Notes: generated by a model from the letters alone, not told the origin. Positions 34,279-45,188 are shown, counted from the stretch's first letter. The stretch is 64,000 nt of DNA from Thermoplasmatales archaeon (GCA_038729485.1 JAVYRX010000001.1:44890-108889), one strand, 5' to 3'. Numbers and translations are program-made.

Positions 34279-35850
34279 ATGGCTAAGGTTTTTCTATTCT
34301 CACCTATTCGGCCAAGGAAAATGGAAAGAGCCAAGCCAACTTGGATTCTGATTCAAAATCTCTACGGATTCATTATAGGATACGTCACGTACTTTATGAT
34401 ATTCAGACATGCTGGCGTCACGGCTTTCGGTATATTTTCATTTTCCCTTTCCTTTGGGCTTGTGTTCTCTTTCATTTCCGATTTGGGGATAAATACAGCC
34501 CATGTAAGAATGATAGCTGCTGGAAGGGATAGAAATGAATACAACAACGCTCTTCTATTCATCAAGTTCATCCTGACTGCAATATATGTTTCCGTGATTC
34601 TTCTGTCCGTTTTCGTTTGGACGAGCGTACTTCATCACGGATTTGAATCAAAGTACGAGTATCTTTCAATACTTGTCCTCATTCCGTATTTTGTCAGTCT
34701 GCCTTACGTTCAGGCGAACAGGGCATTTTTCACAGGTACGATGGAAGCAGCCAAAATGTCTCTTCCTGCTATAATTGAATCAACAGTAAGGCTAATTTCC
34801 ATACTTGTCTTCATAAGATTCAACGCATTCAGAATAGAGAATTTGCCGGAAATGGCCCTGCTCATAGCTCTATCTTATTCTCTATCGTATATAGCATATG
34901 CGATTTCAGGGTTTGCATTTGGGAGACCGTGGAACTTAAAGAGGCCTAAAAAAAGTACGATGAAGGAATATCTTAGGTATTCGTATCCTCTGATGGCCGT
35001 TGCGGTACTGGCTGCGATCGGAGCTAACATCGCACAGATTATTATCCAGTTTGCAGTCGGTTCATTCGATGTAGGGGGATATGCAGGGGATTTACGGATA
35101 ATAGCGATCGTAACGAGCCTCACGACATCTGTCACCGTCCTTATACTTCCCGTGCTTACATCACATTCAGGCAATAAGGAGGAGTACGGCAGAACGGTTG
35201 AACTGATGATGAAATATCTCGTAATTTTCGTGACGCCGATTACGGTATTTGCAATAATATTCGCATCACCTATACTGAACCTTTGGAGCAGTCAACTTAT
35301 ACCATTTTCCTTTTCTCTCAAAATCCTCCTTCTTGGGTCTTGGTTCTCCACGGTATCCATACCATTCTGGACGCACTTCAACGCAACGGGAGAAACGAAG
35401 ATATCCGGCGGTCTGAATATAATTTCTTACCTAGTCGTCATAATACTGGACGTTGTCCTTATCCCAAAATTGCTCTTCGGCGTTAGATTCCTGGGTTATG
35501 GAGTGAGTGGTGCAGCTTACGCGTCCCTTGCTTCCGGGATTGTCCTCCTGGCGAGTTCCTTTGCGATGCTCAAAGGAAGAATTAAGATAAGGATTCCTTT
35601 CGAAGTGATTAAGGGTATTCTAATATCGATCCTTATGGGAGTGCCGTTTTACCTTGGATTTGGGCAAAGGGTCAGAATGCCATCGTATGACCTTCTCGCC
35701 CTCTTTATAGCGTATGCTCTTGTATACATCCTATTCCTAGTCATATTCCGTGCACTTTCGAGAGAAGAAGTGATGAGCATAATATCCATGATCGACCCAA
35801 GGAGCATAATAAGATACGCCAAGGAAGAGCTAAGGAAACCGTCTCAGTAG
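34279..35850 (+). CDS. MOP-superfamily oligosaccharide/polysaccharide flippase (Wzx/AglR-like)
   Basis: 523 aa, about 12-14 TM helices with flippase-like N-terminal organisation. No catalytic motifs. Confidence 0.65.
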   Translation: MAKVFLFSPIRPRKMERAKPTWILIQNLYGFIIGYVTYFMIFRHAGVTAFGIFSFSLSFGLVFSFISDLGINTAHVRMIAAGRDRNEYNNALLFIKFILTAIYVSVILLSVFVWTSVLHHGFESKYEYLSILVLIPYFVSLPYVQANRAFFTGTMEAAKMSLPAIIESTVRLISILVFIRFNAFRIENLPEMALLIALSYSLSYIAYAISGFAFGRPWNLKRPKKSTMKEYLRYSYPLMAVAVLAAIGANIAQIIIQFAVGSFDVGGYAGDLRIIAIVTSLTTSVTVLILPVLTSHSGNKEEYGRTVELMMKYLVIFVTPITVFAIIFASPILNLWSSQLIPFSFSLKILLLGSWFSTVSIPFWTHFNATGETKISGGLNIISYLVVIILDVVLIPKLLFGVRFLGYGVSGAAYASLASGIVLLASSFAMLKGRIKIRIPFEVIKGILISILMGVPFYLGFGQRVRMPSYDLLALFIAYALVYILFLVIFRALSREEVMSIISMIDPRSIIRYAKEELRKPSQ

Positions 35851-35882
35851 CTGTTTTATATCTTAAGACGACATGTTGAAGC

Positions 35883-36281
35883 GTGCCAATCTCCGTTTTG
35901 GAACATCCATCAGACATAAGATTGAGGGCAAGGGGTCATTCGTTTCAATCGGCCTTGCTCGAACTGATGAATTATGTTCTTGAACTTATTTATGGGAAAG
36001 TTGTGAGGTTTGACTTTGTCCACACCTCCACGATAGAATTCGAGGACGTTACGGACCTTGTTCCTAAGGCAATAAATGAAGCGTTGTTCATTTCGGAATC
36101 CTCTGATACCGCGGGCAGAATAAAGCGTATTTCTCTATGCGATCACAGGGCATTAATAGAGTATGTGGGGGAAAAAATTTCCAGCAAAAAGGACTACGGT
36201 ATACTTGTTAAAGCGGCTACGTACGATAGGCTTCTTGTTTCTAGGGATCCTCCTGTAATTGAAGTTACCCTTGATATATAG
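35883..36281 (+). CDS. archease
   Basis: 132 aa, GTG start. LEHPSDIRLRARGHSFQSALLE...VKAATYDRLLV...IEVTLDI matches the archease pattern (xEHTADxxxxAxG ... KAxTYHxL ... DV). Confidence 0.75.
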   Translation: MPISVLEHPSDIRLRARGHSFQSALLELMNYVLELIYGKVVRFDFVHTSTIEFEDVTDLVPKAINEALFISESSDTAGRIKRISLCDHRALIEYVGEKISSKKDYGILVKAATYDRLLVSRDPPVIEVTLDI

Positions 36282-36360
36282 AGTGTTGCTTCCACAAATA
36301 GTGTTTCCCGCACTATTCTATTTCCCTATAGGTATTATATAAGTAACTCATAACCTTAGT

Positions 36361-36702
36361 ATGGCAAAGGAAGATAATTTCATTTTCGACGATACCAAGA
36401 AAATTCTGATCAGTGACGAAGTCATCATTAAGGCAGTCCAGGAGATATACAGCGATGAAATCAAGGAAATTATAAAGAAGAGACTGCACGAGAACCCCAG
36501 ACTAGAGAATGAACTAAAGGACGCCATAAGGGACTACACGAAGGGAAAGCTTCTTGAGGCCGCTGCTCAGGGCAAGATCCTAAAAGTCGTAGCTGAGCTT
36601 GGCCTTATTTCAATGCCAGATTCATTCAGAGAAGAGCTTGTAAAAGTGATCGTGAAGTCTCTGGGGCCGGAGATAGATAGCATTTTGAAGAACACGCTTT
36701 AG
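36361..36702 (+). CDS. hypothetical Lys/Glu-rich helical protein
   Basis: 113-aa ORF. Its stop directly abuts the ATG of the downstream permease (TAGATG). Confidence 0.4.
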   Translation: MAKEDNFIFDDTKKILISDEVIIKAVQEIYSDEIKEIIKKRLHENPRLENELKDAIRDYTKGKLLEAAAQGKILKVVAELGLISMPDSFREELVKVIVKSLGPEIDSILKNTL

Positions 36703-37776
36703 ATGAAGCTAACAGTAAATGCCATTCTCCTTATTGTGCTGGGAATAGCGTACGTAATTATAGTTGCAATAAGGAAAGTTGCATATTCTCCAGGTCTGGT
36801 TGATTGGAACACCATCTCAATTCTGGCTTCACTGATAATTGTAAACACTGGCTTGATGCGATCTGGCGGGCTTGATTTCATCTCTTACAACTTGATGAAG
36901 ATTACAAAGAGTCAGAGGGAACTGCTGTTCGTTTCAATATCATTGACCGCACTTCTTTCCATGTTCCTGACGAACGACGTGGCCCTTTTGGTCTTAATAC
37001 CAATCACCCTATCAATCGGGAAATTCTCAAAGAAAAGTATGGATGACATAATAATTTTCCAGGCCATGGCAGCAAACGTGGGTTCTATGCTCATGCCATT
37101 TGGAAACCCCCAGAATATCATTATGTTCAGAACTTTTGACCTCAATTTCAGCCAGTTCCTTCTTTCTATGCTCCCAATGTTTCTAATTTCTCTTGGGATC
37201 CTCCTCTCTTTTTCTCTAATAGTGAAGAACGCCAAGGTTGGTGCGGTTGCTTCCCCAGGAAAGCCCAATTTTCTTTATTTTGCAATATTTATTGCAATAC
37301 TAATAATAGTGATTATCTCCATGCTAACTGACCAATCAACCTACCTTTTCCTCGCAATCATTGTGATCACCATGGTGTTCTTGCTGCTTTTGGAGCCCAC
37401 GACAATATTGAAGGTGGACTACGTTCTGATAGTCGTGTTCGTATTGATATTCCTGGTCATGAATTCGCTTAGGCAGTTGGTATCTTTCTCGCCAGGAAAT
37501 AATCCAATTGAGATCTTCTTTCTCTCCCTCATATTTTCACAGTTCATATCAAATGTCCCTGCCACCGTTCTGTTCGGAAAGGTATTCTCTTGGGTTGCCC
37601 TTTCATACGGAGTGAACGTTGGTGGTAATGGAACGGTGATTGCTTCGCTGGCAAATATAATTGCATTGAGAAATTTATCCGGAAAAAACTTCTTTAGGTT
37701 CAATAAGTTTTCATTCATATTCCTATTGGTTACCGCAGCGTTGGCTGTACCGGTTCTTCTTCTTGTCACGAGATAG
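36703..37776 (+). CDS. ArsB/NhaD (CitMHS-like) superfamily ion permease
   Basis: 357 aa, polytopic. FLTNDVALLVLIPI and FGNPQNII motifs. Confidence 0.7.
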   Translation: MKLTVNAILLIVLGIAYVIIVAIRKVAYSPGLVDWNTISILASLIIVNTGLMRSGGLDFISYNLMKITKSQRELLFVSISLTALLSMFLTNDVALLVLIPITLSIGKFSKKSMDDIIIFQAMAANVGSMLMPFGNPQNIIMFRTFDLNFSQFLLSMLPMFLISLGILLSFSLIVKNAKVGAVASPGKPNFLYFAIFIAILIIVIISMLTDQSTYLFLAIIVITMVFLLLLEPTTILKVDYVLIVVFVLIFLVMNSLRQLVSFSPGNNPIEIFFLSLIFSQFISNVPATVLFGKVFSWVALSYGVNVGGNGTVIASLANIIALRNLSGKNFFRFNKFSFIFLLVTAALAVPVLLLVTR

Positions 37777-37845
37777 GTAACAGGTGAAAATCAATATTTT
37801 ACGGCAGACCAGAATTAAATTTATAGGAAGAAGCTATTTCAATGC

Positions 37846-39123
37846 ATGCAGATTCTCCTTAAGGGAGGCGTCCTGATCACAGAGGATCACAGGCCCAAGG
37901 TAAAGGACCTGTTGATTGATGGGAACGTGATCTCCCAAATTTCCGATAAGATCAATACGGAGGCAGAATACATAATCGACTGCAGAGACTCCATAGTTTC
38001 TCCAGGATTTGTCAATATGCATACTCACGTTGCCATGACAAATATGCGCTCCCTTTTTGACGATCTACCATTTAAAGAATTCCTCGATAAGAGCTTCAAG
38101 ATAGATTCCGAGAGAAGCCCTGAAGAAATATATTATGGAAGCAAGCTTGGAATAGCCGAGATGCTGTCAAGGGGAATAACAACATTCGTGGATATGTATT
38201 ACGGCGAAGATATGGTCGCGAAGGCTAGTGAGGAAATGGGAATTAGGGCATTTCTGGGATGGAGCGTCGTAAACAGGAATTTAACTACGCAGAAGGGCGA
38301 TCCGCTAAAAAACGCTGAAAGCTTCATAAGAGAGCATCTAGGTAAAGGGATCGTTACTCCGTTTCCCGCACCACACGGCATATATTCATGCGACAGGGAA
38401 GACCTGATTGCGTCTAAAGAGATCGCAGATAGATACAACGTGCCGTATTCAATTCATGTGAGTGAAACCAGGAAAGAGGTCTATGACTTAGTTAAAAAGG
38501 AAAAGAAAAGACCTGTGGAATATCTTCAAGACATCGGTTTCCTTGGGAAGAGGTTAATAGCGGCACATGCGCTCTACCTCACCCTCAACGAAATAAAGAT
38601 CCTGGGAAGAAACGAGGTGACGGTAGTAAATAATCCCGTCAGTAACATGAAGCTTGGAAACGGCAATTTCATGCCGATAATTGAAATGGTTCAGAATGGC
38701 GTCAATGTGACTATTGGAACTGATTCTGCAACGACAGGGAATTCCTTAGATATGCTGGAAAATGCAAAACTTTCATCGCTCATTCAGAAGAACTACAGAG
38801 AGCAGGCAGAAGTTCTTCCTCCGTCTCAGATCATAGATTTCCTGACGAAGAATCCGTGGAAGGTGCTGGGGAATGGCGGCGTCCTAAGGGAAGGCGGCGT
38901 TGCGGATGTCACCGTGATACGCGGTGGTATTGGATACGCACCATTTGATCCGAACTATGCCGAAAGCATCCTTCTTTATTCTTCAAACGGGAGGGACGTG
39001 AAGCAAACCATAGTAAATGGGAACCTATTATATTCTGACGGGAAGTTCGTCCGAGCCGATATTGAGGAGATTTTAGAAGAGAATCGGATAATTTTTGAGC
39101 GCTATAAGGAGCTTATAAATTGA
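37846..39123 (+). CDS. mtaD: amidohydrolase, 5'-methylthioadenosine/S-adenosylhomocysteine deaminase-like
   Basis: 425 aa. SPGFVNMHTHVAM, HVSET, AAHALYL, GTDSA metal-ligand motifs. Confidence 0.75.
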   Translation: MQILLKGGVLITEDHRPKVKDLLIDGNVISQISDKINTEAEYIIDCRDSIVSPGFVNMHTHVAMTNMRSLFDDLPFKEFLDKSFKIDSERSPEEIYYGSKLGIAEMLSRGITTFVDMYYGEDMVAKASEEMGIRAFLGWSVVNRNLTTQKGDPLKNAESFIREHLGKGIVTPFPAPHGIYSCDREDLIASKEIADRYNVPYSIHVSETRKEVYDLVKKEKKRPVEYLQDIGFLGKRLIAAHALYLTLNEIKILGRNEVTVVNNPVSNMKLGNGNFMPIIEMVQNGVNVTIGTDSATTGNSLDMLENAKLSSLIQKNYREQAEVLPPSQIIDFLTKNPWKVLGNGGVLREGGVADVTVIRGGIGYAPFDPNYAESILLYSSNGRDVKQTIVNGNLLYSDGKFVRADIEEILEENRIIFERYKELIN

Positions 39124-39848
39124 TGCACTTCCATTCCCGATCTCTTTGAAATTCCTTCTACAATCTTTTTGAAACCAGTGGAATATTGTGCGGCTTTTTT
39201 GGGTTTCCATGCTATCCTGCTATCCAAGCCAATGTTCTCTGCAACGGTCCTTAATATGAATTTCCTCTGCCCTTCTCTTATCTTAAGATCCCTTGGAATG
39301 GCCCTTGCGACTGATACTACCCTCGATTCCAGATAGGGATACGTTACCTCCTTTCCAAACTTTTCTGCTATTAGGGCATCTAACCTAGTCATCTTGTTGA
39401 TCACAGTGTTTAAGTCAATCTCTGATGAATCGATGGTTTCGTATTTCTTGTACCCCTGGAAAAGTTCGTCAGCTCCCTGACCCGATATCATAACATCTTC
39501 TTCGGAGTTTTTACATGAGAAATAGAGGGGAAGCTCTATGAGCAGAGTCATCGCATTGTTTTCTCCGGTAACTCGCTTAACATCCCTTAGCCCTTCTATT
39601 ACATCCTTTTCCCCTTGTTCTAGGAACTTGAGAGGCATTTTGAGGATCGAAGCGGCTTCTCTTGACCAGTAATAATCGTGGGATCCCCTGATGCCAGAAG
39701 AGAAAAGGGAAATTTTCTTCCCCAGATTCCTGGCAAGTAACGCAATCAGTGAGCTGTCAAGTCCGCCTGAAAACAGAACGACCCCATTTGGCGGCAAATT
39801 TCCTGCAGAGGAAACAAGAGCCCCCTTTAGCTCTCCTTCCCATTCCAT
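39102..39848 (-). CDS. asparagine synthase-like PP-loop ATP pyrophosphatase
   Basis: 248 aa. VLFSGGLDSSLIALLA PP-loop, GQGADELFQGY. Confidence 0.65.
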   Translation of the reverse strand: MEWEGELKGALVSSAGNLPPNGVVLFSGGLDSSLIALLARNLGKKISLFSSGIRGSHDYYWSREAASILKMPLKFLEQGEKDVIEGLRDVKRVTGENNAMTLLIELPLYFSCKNSEEDVMISGQGADELFQGYKKYETIDSSEIDLNTVINKMTRLDALIAEKFGKEVTYPYLESRVVSVARAIPRDLKIREGQRKFILRTVAENIGLDSRIAWKPKKAAQYSTGFKKIVEGISKRSGMEVHQFISSL

Positions 39849-41470
39849 GGATTAACCTTGAAGAATTCCCACAGTTTCTTCGAATCAACTCTTATTTGCT
39901 TCATTGAATCTCTGTGTCTTATCGTTACCGAATCGTCCTTTAATGTGTCGTAATCTACAGTTACGCAATAAGTGATCCCGATCTCGTCGTATCTGGCATA
40001 CCTTTTTCCTATCGAGCCGGAATCGTCATACACAACAGTCAGACCGTTGCGAAGCAGATCCTTGAATACGCTCTCAGCTTTTTCGGGCAATCCGTCCTTG
40101 TTCATAAGCGGAAGAACGGCAGCATCGTAGGGAGAAACTTCGCGAGGTATGCTTAGATAAACGTATCCAGACTCCTCCCTAACTGAAAGATTGTGATCCA
40201 ACAGAGCATACAATATTCTGTCTAGACCGAAAGACGGTTCTATCACCTCAGGTATGAAATTTTCACGATCTATCACTACCTTCTCTTCGACGTTCCTCAA
40301 ATACCTCTCAAGCTGTATCATGGTTCCGTCAAGCTCAATGCTACCCTTCCCTTCCGTTATGGCCTCAATTATTCTTTTGTAATTTCCAGGATTCTCCCTC
40401 TTCAGGAGATCATAGTTTATCTCTTTTCTCTGTCTTGTCTCCTCCCTCTTTGGCACTGTCCTTTGCGCATAGAGATCTTTACCTGAATACTTAATATGGT
40501 TTCCCAAATCAAATGTTCCACGATGTGCTATGCCTGTTATTTCTATCCATCCAATGTCCGTCAGTGCCTCTGCATCCCAGGTATCTGACGAATAATGACT
40601 GAGCTCCTCCTTGCGGTGTTGCCTGAATCTCACCCTCTTTATATCTATCCCTATACGGGAAAAGAATCTTGATGCAAAGCCTATAAAGTAGGCAATAGGC
40701 TGACTTCTGATTATGTTTTTTTCATATGCCTCCTTTGGCGTAATGTAGAATTCCTTACCGTCATTTGTAATGAATTGCACCTTAATTGAACCGTCTGGGC
40801 TGGTTATCCAATTCTCGTCCATCGGGTCATAAAATGATTCGCATTCCATCATGTTAAATTCCCTGAGCCTGTAAAGAGCCCTCCTTGGGGATATCTCATT
40901 CCTGTAACCTCTTCCAATGGTTACTATTGCGAATGGGAGCTTCTCCCTGAAAAACCTGTAATATTCCTTGAAATTTATGAATATTCCTTGGGCAGTTTCT
41001 GGCCTGAGGAATAACTCCGGAAGATCGCTTCCTTGTTCAACTTGAAACATGAGCTTCTGCACCATCACGTCTCCAAAGTCTCCACCGCATTTCAAGCATT
41101 TCAGATTTAATTCCCTAACCTTGCTCTGCAACCAGTCCTTATCGAGAACGGGAGCGATTCCCCTGTCTTCGATCAGTTCGTCAATCCTGTACCTAGTATG
41201 GCAATTCCTGCATTCCACGTAGAAATCAAAGAATCTATCGTAATGACCAGAGGCCTTCAGAACGCTTTCATGCGTGAGCGCTGTGCCATCAAACTCGGCT
41301 ACGACGCCTTCTGATAGCATCATTTCCTTCCATATCCTGGCGACATTGTCCTTTATCCTTGCCCCTACTGGACCGTAATCGTATAATCCAGAAAGACCTC
41401 CATATATGCCGAAAGATTGGAAGTAAATGCCTCGTCTCCTTGATACTTCTTCCTGATCCACATCCTTCAT
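39827..41470 (-). CDS. glyS: glycyl-tRNA synthetase (archaeal/eukaryal class II type)
   Basis: 547 aa. RRGIYFQSFGIYGGLSGLYDYGPVG, FLRPETAQG, GRGYRNEISPR, EPSFGLDR. Confidence 0.9.
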   Translation of the reverse strand: MKDVDQEEVSRRRGIYFQSFGIYGGLSGLYDYGPVGARIKDNVARIWKEMMLSEGVVAEFDGTALTHESVLKASGHYDRFFDFYVECRNCHTRYRIDELIEDRGIAPVLDKDWLQSKVRELNLKCLKCGGDFGDVMVQKLMFQVEQGSDLPELFLRPETAQGIFINFKEYYRFFREKLPFAIVTIGRGYRNEISPRRALYRLREFNMMECESFYDPMDENWITSPDGSIKVQFITNDGKEFYITPKEAYEKNIIRSQPIAYFIGFASRFFSRIGIDIKRVRFRQHRKEELSHYSSDTWDAEALTDIGWIEITGIAHRGTFDLGNHIKYSGKDLYAQRTVPKREETRQRKEINYDLLKRENPGNYKRIIEAITEGKGSIELDGTMIQLERYLRNVEEKVVIDRENFIPEVIEPSFGLDRILYALLDHNLSVREESGYVYLSIPREVSPYDAAVLPLMNKDGLPEKAESVFKDLLRNGLTVVYDDSGSIGKRYARYDEIGITYCVTVDYDTLKDDSVTIRHRDSMKQIRVDSKKLWEFFKVNPWNGKES

Positions 41471-42312
41471 TTTATCAACGAGGAGATGACGTCAAAGTCA
41501 TAAACCATTCCTATGAGTTCATCGTCAACGTCCCTTACTGGCAACTGAGTAAACTTGTTCTTCTTCATAATTCTGGCAGCATCGTACGCACTTGCACCTT
41601 CAAAGATCGTCACCGGCGATTTTACCATGATCTTTTCAGCCTCAACGTTTGGAAGCTCGAGATCCCTTATAGTATAGTAAAAAGTGAATATGTCTCGCAA
41701 GCTTTCCCAGCTCCAAGCGTCGTCATCCTCGCCGATCCCAAGCTGCGAAGAAACAGTCTTAGAATCAAGATTTGCTCCGCTAAGTAGGTCGCGTTCCGTT
41801 ACTATTCCAACAAGATTCCCGTTATCGTCCAATACGGGGAATGCGGTAACGTGAGTGAGACGGATTGCCTTCTCTACCATCTTTGCCGTAGACTTTATAT
41901 GTATAGGTATTGCCGTCCTTGTGAGAAGTTTTGATATCTGCATTTCCACCTTACTTACTATGACGGCATCTAGGATATCATACGGAGTAATTATCCCCAC
42001 TACCTTCTTGTTTTCCAGGACAGTTAGATGCCTCCTGTATGTTTCTGCAAATATCTTAACAGCCTTTTCAAGGGGATCCTTCGGACTTAGAGTAGGGAAA
42101 TCTTTTCTCATCAGAAGGGATAACTCGTCTTCCTTCGGATGTTCAAGAATGTCTCTCCTGGAAACTATACCTAGATAATTCCCCTTCGCGTCTACCATGG
42201 GAACAGCCGCAACATCCTTAGTAGCCATAATTTTCATTGCTTCCGAGACAGCGGCTGGAAGTTTCAGGGTATAGGGCTTTTTTGTCATATATGATTCTAC
42301 GGTGAAATTCAT
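41467..42312 (-). CDS. CBS-domain protein (four CBS repeats)
   Basis: 281 aa with repeated ...PVxDxxGxLxGIVxxxDIL... units. Confidence 0.8.
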   Translation of the reverse strand: MNFTVESYMTKKPYTLKLPAAVSEAMKIMATKDVAAVPMVDAKGNYLGIVSRRDILEHPKEDELSLLMRKDFPTLSPKDPLEKAVKIFAETYRRHLTVLENKKVVGIITPYDILDAVIVSKVEMQISKLLTRTAIPIHIKSTAKMVEKAIRLTHVTAFPVLDDNGNLVGIVTERDLLSGANLDSKTVSSQLGIGEDDDAWSWESLRDIFTFYYTIRDLELPNVEAEKIMVKSPVTIFEGASAYDAARIMKKNKFTQLPVRDVDDELIGMVYDFDVISSLIK

Positions 42313-43002
42313 CTCACTACCCTCTGAGGTTTCTGAATGATAGGAATTCAGATTACTTTAACTTTATCATTTTTACTATTTAACATCACGGAGATGCGTT
42401 CTATATTTATAGCTTCAAAGGAAGGTCACGCATGCCCTTCTATACCCCTATCTTGCGCCTTTATAAAGCTCGTTTATCTTTACGAAATTTTTACGTTTTA
42501 TTAAGAAGCTGATTTTAATTGATTTTGACCATAGTCAAATTGTATGCTCCCGCCCCATTTACCGCCGTTCATATCTTTATGCCATATAAAAGTAGAAACT
42601 CATGCTTTAATCCTGAACATTTCCTGCAACGAGATTCCCGTACTTGAATGTCTTGCCTGCCCTATTTTCTCAGGATATTACTATTGCCTCTTTCTAAGTG
42701 AAGTAATCCGGTACCCCATCTATGCTCGTAAACATACGTTGGAATGGAAATACTAGGGCCTTTCTAGCATCTTTCGGCTTAGGCATCAAAAACGGATGCC
42801 TCTCTTCTTTCAGAACTTTTTTTATTTCGCTTAATGAGACAGTTGGGCGAATTATTTTTTTTAAAACAAGGGTATATTGGGCGAGGTGGTAGGTTTCGTT
42901 GATTAATGAAAAATGATCTAGCCTTGAGAAATACCAAGCGCATTAACTGTTGGTGGAAGCTGGAAGGAGGCTGTTAATAGGGTGAAAAGAAATACATCCC
43001 TG

Positions 43003-43437
43003 CTATACGTATTTATCCATGATCTCGTTAAATTTTGCCAGTGTTTCACTCAGCTTTGAAAGATCTTCCTTCGTCATTTTATTTAGGAAATCCGCGAATA
43101 TCTCCCTCTTGAGTTTGTCAATTTCCGCTGCCTTTTGAGCGCCTTTTTTTGTGAGGGTAATTATATATCTTCTTCTATCTCTCCCTTTAGTCCTTTCTGC
43201 CAAACCCCTCTGTTCAAGGCTATCGACTGCCGATGTAATAGTAGCATTCGAGAACCCCGTGATTTCTGAAAGATCGCTCATTGTGTATTCTCCCTTGCCT
43301 TTACGAATCGCATTTATGACAAGTATATCCATTGAGTTAACGCCCTTGAGGCGAGAATTTATTTCGTTTATCACTTTTATCCTTAACTTCCTGATGGAAG
43401 CTAGCTTTTCAAGAAGATCGTAGTAGTCGTCCATCAT
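43003..43437 (-). CDS. MarR-family transcriptional regulator
   Basis: 144 aa. MSDLSEITGFSNATITSAVDSLEQRGLAERTKGRDRRRYIITLTKKG. Confidence 0.85.
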   Translation of the reverse strand: MMDDYYDLLEKLASIRKLRIKVINEINSRLKGVNSMDILVINAIRKGKGEYTMSDLSEITGFSNATITSAVDSLEQRGLAERTKGRDRRRYIITLTKKGAQKAAEIDKLKREIFADFLNKMTKEDLSKLSETLAKFNEIMDKYV

Positions 43438-45188
43438 TTCTTTACACCGTGAATTATCAAAGATGAATCGTTGGATTGCTGGCCTCGTTGATGCATGTCA
43501 TCGGCGCTTGCTTCCCCAGACAACTGCCTCTTTTCTGGCTTTTCTTCGTGTATGTATTTCCCACCCCTTAGCGCTGAAAGGAGTGCACCGATCAATGTCA
43601 GGGCTATGGCAAAGTAAAGAGATTCCGATAAGCCTACCTTGAAGGAGGGCCCAATGGCATTGGGCATGAATGTTAGCGATTCGAGCGCCTTCAATGCTGT
43701 TGGAGGTATAATCGACAGCATGGAGGATGGTAGCGAGCTAGCTGGATTTATTCCGAGGAAAGCAGCAAATAACATCCCTTCCGGATTTACTCGCGATAAC
43801 GAATAAGCGACTTCCGATGGAAGGCCGATGGAGATAGATGTATTGTAGAGGGAAGACGGGAGGCTTCCGGAAAATACAGCTATAAGTATTGTAAAGAATG
43901 CTGCCATGCTAATCGTCTGCCCTATATTGTTAAAAGTTGTCCTCATGCCGTTTCCAGCCCCTCTGTTCTGCTCGGGCAAGGAGTTCATTATTGCAGTTGT
44001 GTTTGGCGCGGCGAAGAGTCCGCCTCCTAGACCATTCATCAACATGATAAGCTCAAATTCCCAAACATTGAAGTTATAAGGAAGAAGCGTAAGCAAATAG
44101 AGGGAAAGAGCTATTATGAGCATCCCAGCAGTTGCAAATATCCTGGCACCGTATCTATCGGTAAGTATCCCTCCTATCGGACCGAGAATTATAAATCCGA
44201 CCATCATCGGCAGCATGTAAATGCCGGCCACGAAGGGGGTGTTGACATAGCTCACACCATGAAGCGGCAGATATATACCCTGTAGCCAAATCACTACGAG
44301 AAACATCACGGCACCTCTTCCTAGAGACATCAAAAAAGCGGCGAGGCTTCCGTATGTAAACGGTTTGATCCTGAATAGATTAAGGTTGAACATAGGATAT
44401 TTGACCCTTCTCTCAATTAACACGAACAGTACCAATAAGACTATGCCTACTAGGAAGAATGCAATTACCTTTGGATCAGACCACCCCATGGCAAGGTTCT
44501 TGTAAGGTATCAGGCCGTACGTGAATCCCAAGCTGACCAATACCAGTCCGCCTCCAAGAGCTATATTTCCTCCCACGTCAACTGGCACCTTAACCCTCTT
44601 TGAAGTCTGTTTAAGCTTGAAAACAGACCAAATTGAGCCTGCTACGGCGAAGGGGACGTTGACTATAAAGACTAAATGCCAGTCCACAGATGCCAAAAGC
44701 CCTCCAGCAACCAGACCGATCAGTGAGCCTGCCATAAACGATATTTGGTTAATTCCGAGTGCCTTTCCCCTTTCGTTCGGGCCAAAAGCATCAGTCAGGA
44801 GAGCAGTACTGTTAACCATAAGAAGTCCGCCTCCCACTGCTTGAACCATCCTGAATCCTATGAGCATTTCAGCGCCTAGGTTCCCTGATCCGCTTGGTAC
44901 GACCGATAGGATTATGGAACCGATCGTGAATATTATAAAACCTATTGTGTAAAACCTGGTTCTTCCGAATAGGTCGGATATTCTACCAAAAGTGACAAGC
45001 AGCGTTGCAACGACTATGCTGTATCCCATTAGAACCCACAATAGCATTACCAGCTCTCCCGAAGCGAACGGGTCAATGCCCAATCCCCTGAAAATCGCCG
45101 GTAAGGAAATCATAACGATTGTCATGTTTATAGAAGACATCAGGCCGCCAAGCGTTGTGTTTGTCAGCACAGTCCACTTGTATTCCAT
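43434..45188 (-). CDS. MFS drug:H+ antiporter (DHA2/EmrB-like, 14 TM)
   Basis: 584 aa. FGRISDLFGRTR motif. 4-nt overlap with the downstream marR. Confidence 0.85.
   Translation of the reverse strand: MEYKWTVLTNTTLGGLMSSINMTIVMISLPAIFRGLGIDPFASGELVMLLWVLMGYSIVVATLLVTFGRISDLFGRTRFYTIGFIIFTIGSIILSVVPSGSGNLGAEMLIGFRMVQAVGGGLLMVNSTALLTDAFGPNERGKALGINQISFMAGSLIGLVAGGLLASVDWHLVFIVNVPFAVAGSIWSVFKLKQTSKRVKVPVDVGGNIALGGGLVLVSLGFTYGLIPYKNLAMGWSDPKVIAFFLVGIVLLVLFVLIERRVKYPMFNLNLFRIKPFTYGSLAAFLMSLGRGAVMFLVVIWLQGIYLPLHGVSYVNTPFVAGIYMLPMMVGFIILGPIGGILTDRYGARIFATAGMLIIALSLYLLTLLPYNFNVWEFELIMLMNGLGGGLFAAPNTTAIMNSLPEQNRGAGNGMRTTFNNIGQTISMAAFFTILIAVFSGSLPSSLYNTSISIGLPSEVAYSLSRVNPEGMLFAAFLGINPASSLPSSMLSIIPPTALKALESLTFMPNAIGPSFKVGLSESLYFAIALTLIGALLSALRGGKYIHEEKPEKRQLSGEASADDMHQRGQQSNDSSLIIHGVKK

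Noticed and set aside
42544-42756. 70-aa plus-strand ORF in the 690-bp gap
   Set aside because: It has odd composition (Cys/Tyr/Pro/Leu), no motif, and no start context. The region is treated as non-coding or decayed instead.
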